Assembly (NCBI GenBank): GCA_964418085.1
Contig: CAYQKB010000001.1
Location: 1 to 49,695, forward strand
Length of the DNA: 49,695 bases
Direction: 5' to 3'
Origin: an uncultured Candidatus Saccharibacteria bacterium
Lineage (GTDB): Bacteria; Patescibacteriota; Minisyncoccia; UBA6257; 2-01-FULL-56-20
The notes beneath the pieces are model-generated. The model searched no databases, was not told where the DNA came from, and worked only from the letters and a program-made list of their open reading frames with translations. Made by a program: the position numbers and the translations under genes. Position 1 is the stretch's first letter, and the number at the start of each line of letters is the position of its first letter. This document shows, piece after piece, positions 33,004-41,378 of the stretch.

Positions 33004-34236
33004 TCACAGATTTTCCCAAATAATAATACTTTCCCTAGAAGGATTCCTTTTGAATTTTTTCATTTGTTGAGCGCTGTTCCCCCTATGTCTTGCGATAATT
33101 ATAGTTTTCTTTGACAACCCAGCCTGCCCTCCGATCTTTGCCAATATTTTATCAACGGGGATGTTAACGCCCCCAAAGCGCACATTGCTTACAACAAGGG
33201 CCAATTTCCCTTTTTTCTTAAGGCATTTTTTCATCTGGAGCAGCGAAAGATACATATCTTCAAAATAGCCCTCAATCATCGCCGGAACTTGTGAATTATT
33301 TAGGCCTGCCTTTTTTATCTTGGCAATTATAGTATCGATGATCTTAGGTTTTTTATAGTCCGTCGCCTCAAACTGTTTTTTTGCCTCAACGTGAGATCTA
33401 AGCGTGTTGTATCTGATTCGTTTCAACTCGTTGTGATCTTTAACGAAGCCGACTATTAACTCGAGTCCATATATTCTTGTGTAATCATGCCTATTTGGAT
33501 ATGGCGGCGAGGTGATAATCGCATCAAATTTTCTTTTTGTTGTTAATGTTCTTGAATCTGCAACTTCTGCTTTTGCTTTAGTGACAGTGAATTTCAAGGA
33601 TTTATTGAACTTTTCAACGTCTCCGATCATTGTCTCAATTTTCGATAAAAATTGTGGGCGCACATTTTTTGAGGAAATCCTTTTTTTCGTGATTCGTAAA
33701 AATCCCCCTGCTTTTGCAGTATTGCTCACCGATTCAAGAATACTTAGCAGGCCGAGCATATAAAAATCTCTTACTTTCGGGTTTCGAATTGTATTGATCT
33801 GAGTTTTCAGACAAAGTACCTCTTTTCTTATATCGTAGCTAAAAGCTACATTTATGATCTTAATATCTGGCAAATAAAGATCCCTTTTTGTTAGTTTATC
33901 CTTTTTATTGAATTTCTTAAGTTGTCGCCTTAGTAAGGTGGGCTTGTAAGTCCTAGTTTTAACATTCGACAAAAACACCGAGAAAGGGAGTATATCAAAA
34001 CCCTCTGAGTTAATACCCAATTCCTTACATGCGAGGAGCGTTGTCCCGCCGCCACAGAAAGGATCTAAAACCCACGAGTTTTTTGTAAGACCAAACTCTT
34101 GAACGAGTTTTTCCACTAAAGCTTTTGAATAGCCGTGCTTAAAAGCATGCCAGTTATATATTGACGCGTCTCGATCGCGAGACGGAGATATCAATGATCC
34201 ATATCCGTTTGTTGGCAAAATCCGTTTTATTTTCAT
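33004..34236 (-). CDS. Stand-alone DNA methyltransferase (motif I before SPPY motif IV; N4-C or N6-A)
   Basis: LDPFCGGGTTLLA (AdoMet motif I) is followed about 185 aa later by ITSPPYPNRHDY. The start was moved to MKIKRILPT, 5 nt after the hsdR stop. The stop lies 5 nt from the convergent DUF262 gene stop. Confidence 0.85.
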   Translation of the reverse strand: MKIKRILPTNGYGSLISPSRDRDASIYNWHAFKHGYSKALVEKLVQEFGLTKNSWVLDPFCGGGTTLLACKELGINSEGFDILPFSVFLSNVKTRTYKPTLLRRQLKKFNKKDKLTKRDLYLPDIKIINVAFSYDIRKEVLCLKTQINTIRNPKVRDFYMLGLLSILESVSNTAKAGGFLRITKKRISSKNVRPQFLSKIETMIGDVEKFNKSLKFTVTKAKAEVADSRTLTTKRKFDAIITSPPYPNRHDYTRIYGLELIVGFVKDHNELKRIRYNTLRSHVEAKKQFEATDYKKPKIIDTIIAKIKKAGLNNSQVPAMIEGYFEDMYLSLLQMKKCLKKKGKLALVVSNVRFGGVNIPVDKILAKIGGQAGLSKKTIIIARHRGNSAQQMKKFKRNPSRESIIIWENL

Positions 34237-34240
34237 AGCT

Positions 34241-36544
34241 TTAGACAGCCGTTTTCCCGTACAAGTTTTTTTGAAAGTCAAAGAAGGTTGAACGGATTTT
34301 TTCTACTCCTCCCAACACCTTTTCCGCATCTGCAATAGCGTGATATTTCAAGTTTAATAAAATCGGTAATTTTTCTTCATCAAGTTCTTCCACGCCACTA
34401 TGTTCATATTTCGCTAGTACGAATTCCAAAAATTCTTTTTGTCGTGTATCTAGGTCTTCAAAGATCTTTGTCCTTGTTCGTTCAACTCTTTGCTTTCTTG
34501 TAATCGGCGGGGTTAAGAAAGAAATATACGCCAAAACATCAAACAAATCGCTTTGCTCAGCATTTATCATTTTTTGCAGTATTTCTAATTCATCCTTGCC
34601 ATAACCAAGTGCGCTAATCTTTTCCAGAAAAGTTTTTCTAGTTGTTGGGTTTGACCAGATTTTGCGTAACTCATCTTCGTTTTTGAAAAATTCTGGCAAT
34701 GTGCCAAACATATTATCCATAAACTCTTGTATGGAAATTGGCTTGCCATCAGCGCTCCAGAACGAAGTGGCAATCATATGCTGTATTTCTCGCTCCTTGC
34801 CATCACGTAGCTTGATTTTCAGCCTCCTCTTGGGCTCTTCCGTCGGTTCTGGCGATAATGGCGGCTCTTTGGGCTCCTTTGGTTCCTTCGGCGTTCGTGG
34901 CTCTTTCTCTACGGTTTGATCAATTGGCTCTCCGTCCCACTCCGGATCAGAAAAATGGTGATAGGCATCCACAAAATCAAGGATCGTAAAGTATTCCTTA
35001 CCGTCAAAAAGCCGTGTACCACGTCCGATGATTTGCTTAAATTCAATCATCGTATTGATTGGGCGCATCAAGACAATATTCCGAATATTCCTAGCATCAA
35101 CCCCGGTTGAAAGCTTTTGCGAGGTAGTCAAAATTGTGGGGATTGTTTTTTCATTGTCCTGAAACTCACGCAAGAATTGCTCCCCACGTGCGCCATCATT
35201 AGCGGTTACACGCACGCAGTAATTCGGCTCCTTACTCTCCTTCGTCTGGTTGATTAAATCCCGAACTGCAAGGGCGTGATTTTGGGTAGCGCAAAAAACA
35301 ATAGTCTTCTCGTTTTGATTGATCTCGTCCAGCATTACCCTTACTCGCTTAGCTTCACGCTCCTTAATTTCAATTATCTTGTTGAAGTCTTCTTCCTGAT
35401 AAATTTTTCCTTCCTCGACCTCACCCTCTATGATCTGGTCATCAGATGTATAAACGTATTCATCCAATGTAGTTTGAATTCTTTTAACTTTGAACGGCGT
35501 AAGAAATCCATCATTGACACCCTCCTTTAGTGAATAGGTATAAACCGGATCGCCAAAGTACTTGTAGGTATCAACGTTGTCTTTTCTTTTCGGCGTTGCT
35601 GTTAAACCAAGCTGCACCGCCGGAGAAAAGTATTCCATAATTCCACGCCAGTTGCCTTCATCATTTGCGCCGCCACGATGACACTCGTCTATAACAATAA
35701 AATCAAAAAAGTCCGGTGGATAACCACCGAAATACGGCGTATCGCCAGATCCACTCATGAACGTTTGGAATATAGTAAAAAACACGCTTCCGTTTGTGGG
35801 TACTGCGCCTTTCTTCCTTATATCCAAGGGGTTTATTCTTACCAGTGCATCTTCTGGAAACGATGAGAAAGTATTGTATGCTTGATCCGCTAGAATATTT
35901 CTGTCAGCCAAGAAAAGGATACGTGGACGCCGTCCGCCATCATGTTGTAGAGTCCATCTAGTTTGATAGAGCTTCCAGGAAATCTGAAATGCAATCGCTG
36001 TTTTTCCGGTACCAGTCGCAAGGGTCAGTAATATTCGTTTCTTATCCTCAGCTATTGCATTAAGCGCATTGTTAATGGCTATCTCCTGGTAATATCGCTT
36101 TCCAAGCTCGCCCTCCAGAGGGATTGAGGTAAACTTTTCTTTCCATTCGTTTTGATCAGAAAAAACTACATTCCATAACTCATCCGGCGTAGGGAATTTT
36201 TCTACGTAGCCCTCTTTGCCAGTTTTCATTGAGATCTGATAAATCTCCCTTCCGTTAGTCGCATACGTATGCTCAATTTTGAGTTTCTCAGCATACGCCT
36301 TGGCTTGTGCTACGCCCTCAGTCGCTGGCAGGCTTTCTTGCTTAGCTTCTACTACAGCCAGCTTTTGATTTTTGAATACCAAAATATAGTCGGCAATTTC
36401 CGGTTTTGCTCGTGTGCCACCAGTCTGGATGCGTCCTTCGGTAATACGAAATTCCCGGAGGATTTTTGATCCTTCTGCCTCACCCCAACCGCTGGCTTTC
36501 AGCTTTGGGTCAATGTATTCAGCTCTTGTTTCTGCTTCGTTCAT
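34241..36544 (-). CDS. hsdR: Type I restriction enzyme R subunit
   Basis: N-terminus MNEAETRAEYIDPKLKASGW, helicase motif I LATGTGKT, motif II VIDECHRG, and an EcoEI-R-type C-terminal domain after a PKEPKEPKEP linker. Confidence 0.9.
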   Translation of the reverse strand: MNEAETRAEYIDPKLKASGWGEAEGSKILREFRITEGRIQTGGTRAKPEIADYILVFKNQKLAVVEAKQESLPATEGVAQAKAYAEKLKIEHTYATNGREIYQISMKTGKEGYVEKFPTPDELWNVVFSDQNEWKEKFTSIPLEGELGKRYYQEIAINNALNAIAEDKKRILLTLATGTGKTAIAFQISWKLYQTRWTLQHDGGRRPRILFLADRNILADQAYNTFSSFPEDALVRINPLDIRKKGAVPTNGSVFFTIFQTFMSGSGDTPYFGGYPPDFFDFIVIDECHRGGANDEGNWRGIMEYFSPAVQLGLTATPKRKDNVDTYKYFGDPVYTYSLKEGVNDGFLTPFKVKRIQTTLDEYVYTSDDQIIEGEVEEGKIYQEEDFNKIIEIKEREAKRVRVMLDEINQNEKTIVFCATQNHALAVRDLINQTKESKEPNYCVRVTANDGARGEQFLREFQDNEKTIPTILTTSQKLSTGVDARNIRNIVLMRPINTMIEFKQIIGRGTRLFDGKEYFTILDFVDAYHHFSDPEWDGEPIDQTVEKEPRTPKEPKEPKEPPLSPEPTEEPKRRLKIKLRDGKEREIQHMIATSFWSADGKPISIQEFMDNMFGTLPEFFKNEDELRKIWSNPTTRKTFLEKISALGYGKDELEILQKMINAEQSDLFDVLAYISFLTPPITRKQRVERTRTKIFEDLDTRQKEFLEFVLAKYEHSGVEELDEEKLPILLNLKYHAIADAEKVLGGVEKIRSTFFDFQKNLYGKTAV

Positions 36545-37686
36545 AATGAATTAGTAAATGCCGTTCTTAAAATTGATTTTCTAAATTCTCCTAGATAGGA
36601 AATTTTATGTTCGTAGTTATTCTCTAATTTACTTGTATCTTCTACTAAGATATCAAGTTTTTTAGCAATAGTTTTCTGTTCGGAAATAGATGGAATTAAA
36701 AGTGAGCAATTTAATATGTCGTTTTTTCTAAGATTTGTTTGGTTCTCGCCGTTATCAAAATTTAAGAAGTATTTGCTTCTATTGAGTTGATAATATAAAA
36801 ACTTTTTATCAAAAACTTTGGTGCGAATAGCGCAGATCCGCTGATTTAAACTGTAGGTCTCATCCTTGTCTATAAGAAAACATTTTGCCAACGTTTTTCC
36901 ATTTGGTACATCGCTCATCACCATAACAATATCCCCACGAAAAAGCGGGAAAAGCTGTTTTTTTGTTCTCTTATAAATGCGTCCGTCAGACGAAATAAAT
37001 TTTGAATTAACAACGATATAATTACCATCCTCATCTATGCATTTTTCATGCGCTTTTCCATTGAAAAAATCGCAGGTATCACTCAGGGTTTTCTCTCCCC
37101 AGTTTTTACCGGGATTGGCAAAGACGTTATGTAAATATGATTCAAAAAGCTCGTGAGGGGCTTGTAAGTTCTTTTTGGTATTATCTTGCGCCTTCGCAGT
37201 TTTTTCAAAGGCTTCGTTCAAGGCTTTTACAATACGCTCCTGAACAGGAAGCGGAGGTGTTAATACTGGAAAATCGTGAATATCATCTTTGCTGAAACCA
37301 GCCTGTGCAGATCTAGCTGCAACTTTTAATAATCTGCTCTGAAATTCATCCGATATGAGATAGTAATAAAGAAACTTCCTATCCAATAGATGAGGGTTGG
37401 GTATTGTTTTCATTACCGCTACATTGAATGCACCTTTTTTATTTACTAAAATTTTTCCAACTGATGCGCCATACCGTCCAATCAGAATATCATCCTCATT
37501 GCACAATCTGTTCTTTTTTGATTCAGGAATATACGTAATATGTTTATCACTCGCAAAATCTCGTATTTGCAAAAAACGTACATAACCCCTTCGCGACTCG
37601 TAAATAAAATTGCTTTTGGGTGGCTGAGAGCCACCTTGAAAATCGCAAATCTCGCCAAGTTTTTTTATTTGCCAATTACTTTTCAT
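36541..37686 (-). CDS. hsdS: Type I restriction-modification specificity subunit
   Basis: Two target-recognition-domain halves, each starting W..KKLGEICDF / W..KTLSDTCDF, separated by conserved helices. A 4-nt overlap links it to hsdR. Confidence 0.85.
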   Translation of the reverse strand: MKSNWQIKKLGEICDFQGGSQPPKSNFIYESRRGYVRFLQIRDFASDKHITYIPESKKNRLCNEDDILIGRYGASVGKILVNKKGAFNVAVMKTIPNPHLLDRKFLYYYLISDEFQSRLLKVAARSAQAGFSKDDIHDFPVLTPPLPVQERIVKALNEAFEKTAKAQDNTKKNLQAPHELFESYLHNVFANPGKNWGEKTLSDTCDFFNGKAHEKCIDEDGNYIVVNSKFISSDGRIYKRTKKQLFPLFRGDIVMVMSDVPNGKTLAKCFLIDKDETYSLNQRICAIRTKVFDKKFLYYQLNRSKYFLNFDNGENQTNLRKNDILNCSLLIPSISEQKTIAKKLDILVEDTSKLENNYEHKISYLGEFRKSILRTAFTNSL

Positions 37687-39145
37687 GAATTTGTTTTAAA
37701 ATACTATCCAAAATGTCTTCGCTTTCTTTATCCAATTTTTTCATGGCATCTAAAATTTCTTTCGGGCTCCGAAGCGATACTTCTGCACCGCCATAAGGAT
37801 TTTTTACTGATAAATCAAAAGTGCCTTTATCTATTTTTGAAAGATCAACAGACCAAGAATTTTCTGAATTCGCCTTAGTTTTTTGCAAGTCAACAAATTC
37901 AGCTAAGTCTTTTTCGTTAAGTGGATGGTTCTTGCCTAAATTTCTATCCAGGTCTAGGTGATAATACCAAACTTTTTTTGTGGGCGTGCCTTTGTCAAAA
38001 AAGAGAATAACGGTTTTCACACCAGCCCCCTGAAAAGCTCCACCCGGAAGATCTAGGATAGTGTGGAGATTGCAGCTTTCTAGAAGAAGTTTACGAAGTG
38101 AGACAGAAGCATTATCGGTGTTGGAAAGAAAAGTATTTTTAATAACGATGCCAGCCCTACCGCCAGCTTTGAGAATTTTTATGAAATGCTGCAAAAACAA
38201 ATAAGCGGTTTCCCCGGTCTTAATTGGAAAGTTTTGTTGAATTTCTCTTCCAATACCCGCACCAAAAGGAGGATTTGCAAGAATTATGTCGTAGCGGTGT
38301 TTTTCTCGAATGTCGTTAATATTCTCGGCAAGTGTATGAGTGTGCAATATGTTCGGCGCCTCAATGCCATGCAATATCATATTCATTACACCGATAATGT
38401 AAGCCAGGGATTTAATTTCCTTGCCATAAAAAGTGTCTTTCTGTAGTTTTACTGATTCGGCGGTTGAGAGATCTTTACTCTTCTTGAGGTAATCAAAAGC
38501 CTCTACAAGGAAACCCCCTGATCCGCATGCGCCATCATAAATTTTATCTCCAACTTTTGGGGCAACGACTTTGACGATAGTTCTAATGAGAGGTCGAGGC
38601 GTGTAATACTCGCCGCCATTGCGCCCAGCATTGCCCATTTTTTTGATCTTTTCTTCATAAAGATGCGAAAGCTCGTGTTTTTCACGATCTGTACGGAAAT
38701 GCATTCCATCAACAATATCTAAAATCTCCCTTAGCCTGTATCCGCTCTGTATTTTATTTTTTAACTCGTTAAAAATCTCGCCAATTTTGTATTCAATAGT
38801 ATTCGGTCTATCGGCTTCTGTCTTGAATTTTTTTAGGTACGGGAAGAGTTTGCTATTTACGAAATCCCTAAGATCGTCCCCAATAAGAGCTTTGTTATGA
38901 TCCAATTTGCCATCTGTCGTTTTTGGCTCAGCCCAAACTTTCCAGCGATACTGCGGGTCAATAATGAAGGAGTGTTTTTTGCCAGCCAGAGCCGCTTCGG
39001 TTTTTTTAGTCTCCTCCAAATCATCAAGATACTTCAAAAAAAGTATCCAGGAAGTTTGCTCAATATAATCCAGCTCGGTAGCACTTCCAGCATCCCTGTG
39101 CAGGATATCGTCTATATTTTTGAACGCTTGCTCGAACATATACAT
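37676..39145 (-). CDS. hsdM: Type I restriction-modification N6-adenine DNA methyltransferase subunit
   Basis: IYDGACGSGGFLV (motif I), ILANPPFG (motif IV) and an HsdM N-terminal helical domain. An 11-nt overlap links it to hsdS. Confidence 0.9.
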   Translation of the reverse strand: MYMFEQAFKNIDDILHRDAGSATELDYIEQTSWILFLKYLDDLEETKKTEAALAGKKHSFIIDPQYRWKVWAEPKTTDGKLDHNKALIGDDLRDFVNSKLFPYLKKFKTEADRPNTIEYKIGEIFNELKNKIQSGYRLREILDIVDGMHFRTDREKHELSHLYEEKIKKMGNAGRNGGEYYTPRPLIRTIVKVVAPKVGDKIYDGACGSGGFLVEAFDYLKKSKDLSTAESVKLQKDTFYGKEIKSLAYIIGVMNMILHGIEAPNILHTHTLAENINDIREKHRYDIILANPPFGAGIGREIQQNFPIKTGETAYLFLQHFIKILKAGGRAGIVIKNTFLSNTDNASVSLRKLLLESCNLHTILDLPGGAFQGAGVKTVILFFDKGTPTKKVWYYHLDLDRNLGKNHPLNEKDLAEFVDLQKTKANSENSWSVDLSKIDKGTFDLSVKNPYGGAEVSLRSPKEILDAMKKLDKESEDILDSILKQIHEK

Positions 39146-39166
39146 AGAAGTTTATTCTAAAAATGC

Positions 39167-40504
39167 TTATTTTTCCAGCGGACATACTACCTTGTTTCTG
39201 ATCGCGAATTTCGTTTTTATCAGCGCGAGCAGCTCTCGTTTTTCGAGCACGTTGCCCTCTCGAAGCACGTACTTCGCATAAATTTTCGCATCTACTTTTT
39301 CCGTTTCTTCTTCCGCATTTTTTATCCCGAGCACCATTTTTCTGAACTTATGGTACCGGTTTATTTCGTCTTTAAACCTATGGGATATGCCAAGCTCGCT
39401 GATGTCTATTTTATCGATGAGCCCGGAAAGCTGATTGACGAGTTCTTCCTCGCGAATATACGGACTCTTACACTCTCTCGTTTTTGAGTTCGTGCAGCCG
39501 TAGTAGACGTATCGCGCCGTCGTGCCATTTTTGAGCTGCTTATATTTCTCCTCGGCCGTGATGCCCGATCCGCAGAGGCCGCACGTCATGAGCTTTGTGA
39601 AGGCGAATTCTTTGCTCTCGCGTTTTATCTGATCGCGCTTCAGTTGTGCTTGGGCAGACATGAATAAATCCCTTGAAATAATTGGCTCGTGCTTGCCAGT
39701 ATGAAAGTTCCCGCTTCCTTTGGGATATTCGAGGATGCCGTAGTAGAAGTGATTTTGCAAAATTATGTACACATTCGAGAGCGAGAGATGATGGTTATGG
39801 ATTGTGCGAAAATTGAGCTCGAATCTCAACCAGTGATAAATCTTTTTTCCGCTCCAGCCGCCGTATGCGTGTTTTTCAAAAATCTGCTTGATGACATGCG
39901 CGCGCTCCGGATCGATAAGCACATGGCATTTTTTATCGACACGCTTTTCATTCAAATATCCGGTGGGCGCGGTTCCCGGCCAGAGTCCCATCTCAACTCT
40001 CGTTCGTAAGCCACGTTTCACATTCACGCTCTTGTTATCATTTTCTAGTTTCGCTTGGCTGCACAAAATCATCAGCAAGAATTTCTCGTTTGGCGAATTT
40101 GAGAAGCGTTGGCCGTAGGTTCGGATTTCAATGAGCAACTTCTGGTCCATTAAGTCCACGAGCGACCCCAAGTCGCCTGCGTTTCTTGATAAGCGGTCTG
40201 GTGCCCATGTGAGGATACCCGTATATCTCCCGCTCCGGATATCGGTCAGTATTTCCGCGAACACCGGGCGCTGCCCCGAATCTTTTGCCGAATGTGACTC
40301 CCTGCGGATGTCCACAATCTCCAGACCCTCCCGTTCGGCGATCTGCAACATTTCCTTCACCTGCGAATCTACCGAGAGCACCTGACGCTCCTCTGATTCG
40401 CTCGATTTCCGCGCGTAGAGGCAGTATTTGACCTTTATTGGGAGCTGGACTGCGGTTGGGGCTCCGGCTCCCTCAAGCCCCTTTGTTTGGGTATTCATAC
40501 CCAA
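39167..40504 (-). CDS. Large serine recombinase
   Basis: Resolvase-type catalytic domain (YCLYARKSSESEERQVLSVDSQ, APDRLSRNAGD), recombinase domain and zinc ribbon (CGLCGS...YYGC). Lies 21 nt upstream of hsdM on the same strand. Confidence 0.9.
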   Translation of the reverse strand: MGMNTQTKGLEGAGAPTAVQLPIKVKYCLYARKSSESEERQVLSVDSQVKEMLQIAEREGLEIVDIRRESHSAKDSGQRPVFAEILTDIRSGRYTGILTWAPDRLSRNAGDLGSLVDLMDQKLLIEIRTYGQRFSNSPNEKFLLMILCSQAKLENDNKSVNVKRGLRTRVEMGLWPGTAPTGYLNEKRVDKKCHVLIDPERAHVIKQIFEKHAYGGWSGKKIYHWLRFELNFRTIHNHHLSLSNVYIILQNHFYYGILEYPKGSGNFHTGKHEPIISRDLFMSAQAQLKRDQIKRESKEFAFTKLMTCGLCGSGITAEEKYKQLKNGTTARYVYYGCTNSKTRECKSPYIREEELVNQLSGLIDKIDISELGISHRFKDEINRYHKFRKMVLGIKNAEEETEKVDAKIYAKYVLREGNVLEKRELLALIKTKFAIRNKVVCPLEK

Positions 40505-40691
40505 AGAGATGACGCAACCACGCGAGGATGTCCAGAGTGGTCATGTTGATAATCCAATGGTCAAAATAAGGTGACGAAAGATCGAGAAAGGCAAGGACGC
40601 CCAGACTTTTTTCCTTTTTTTCCTACTTTTGGATCAATGTTGTATAATTGAATTGTAGTTTATTAGGAATATTTTATATCCATACAAACCA

Positions 40692-40919
40692 ATGTCTCTA
40701 AAAAATCTTATCATCGCCACAATCGCTTTTTCGGTAATAGCTCTCGTAGCGATTTTGATAAATAGTATGGGCCTGATAAGCGAATTTTCAATGAAATTGA
40801 TCGCTGGCATTTCTGGATTGATAGTCATCGGATTTCTCCTAAAGGCATTTCTGGATCTCAATGGAGTCCTTCGTAGATATCACAAAAAATATCCCAATGA
40901 CACAAAAGATTGGCTTTGA
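40692..40919 (+). CDS. Small two-helix membrane protein (hypothetical)
   Basis: A 75-aa ORF with two hydrophobic helices. Confidence 0.35.
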   Translation: MSLKNLIIATIAFSVIALVAILINSMGLISEFSMKLIAGISGLIVIGFLLKAFLDLNGVLRRYHKKYPNDTKDWL

Positions 40920-40928
40920 GTTGTGGCT

Positions 40929-41348
40929 ATGAAAGGAAAAACCAACCGAAATAACAACCAAGCCCCTCCACAAGAGTTTATTGATGAGGTTAAAAAACTA
41001 TCTTCCGATAATTGCCATATAACGTTTCCAGCCGACAAAGATACGAAAGATAAAATTGCAGATATTGTTAGTAGCGCGGAGGCAGAAGTAAAAAAACTTT
41101 CAAAACAATTCACCTCAACCTTTTTAGTAATTAGTTCCAACGATGACGAAGTAAGTTACATAAAATCTGGACAGCTTTTTCAACGAATATGGTTAATGGC
41201 AAAACAGCGAGGAATCAGCATGTCGCCACTTTCAGCTGCAATTCAATCAGGCGAGAATTCTAAAAAGCTGCAAGAAATTTTAGGAACCAAACATCAGTCG
41301 TTTATTCTTTCTCGCCTCGGTTATTCCAAAGAAGAGGCTTCATCGTAG
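40929..41348 (+). CDS. Nitroreductase-like C-terminal-half fragment (possibly a truncated paralogue)
   Basis: SGQLFQRIWLMAKQRGISMSPLSAAIQ parallels TGRLMQRLWLKATKMGLSIQPLTGALF in the next gene. There is no N-terminal FMN-binding half. The ATG at 40929 is preferred over the GTG at 40923. Confidence 0.4.
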   Translation: MKGKTNRNNNQAPPQEFIDEVKKLSSDNCHITFPADKDTKDKIADIVSSAEAEVKKLSKQFTSTFLVISSNDDEVSYIKSGQLFQRIWLMAKQRGISMSPLSAAIQSGENSKKLQEILGTKHQSFILSRLGYSKEEASS

Positions 41349-41378
41349 CTCACTCTGAGGTTTGCTATAATCTAGGTA

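Larger units (their letters stand above)
30641..40504. mobile_element. Putative integrated defence island (tRNA-Gln-proximal, ending with a large serine recombinase gene)
   Basis: Visibly more AT-rich than the sequence left of the tRNA. Contents are exclusively defence or modification genes plus a recombinase. Exact ends were not determined. Confidence 0.45.

Noticed and set aside
30766-40645. Direct repeats marking island ends (CCTACTGGATTGAT near 30770 versus CCTACTTTTGGATCAAT near 40622)
   Set aside because: Only a short, gapped resemblance. Large serine recombinases use minimal core identity, so the att sites cannot be called from this alone.
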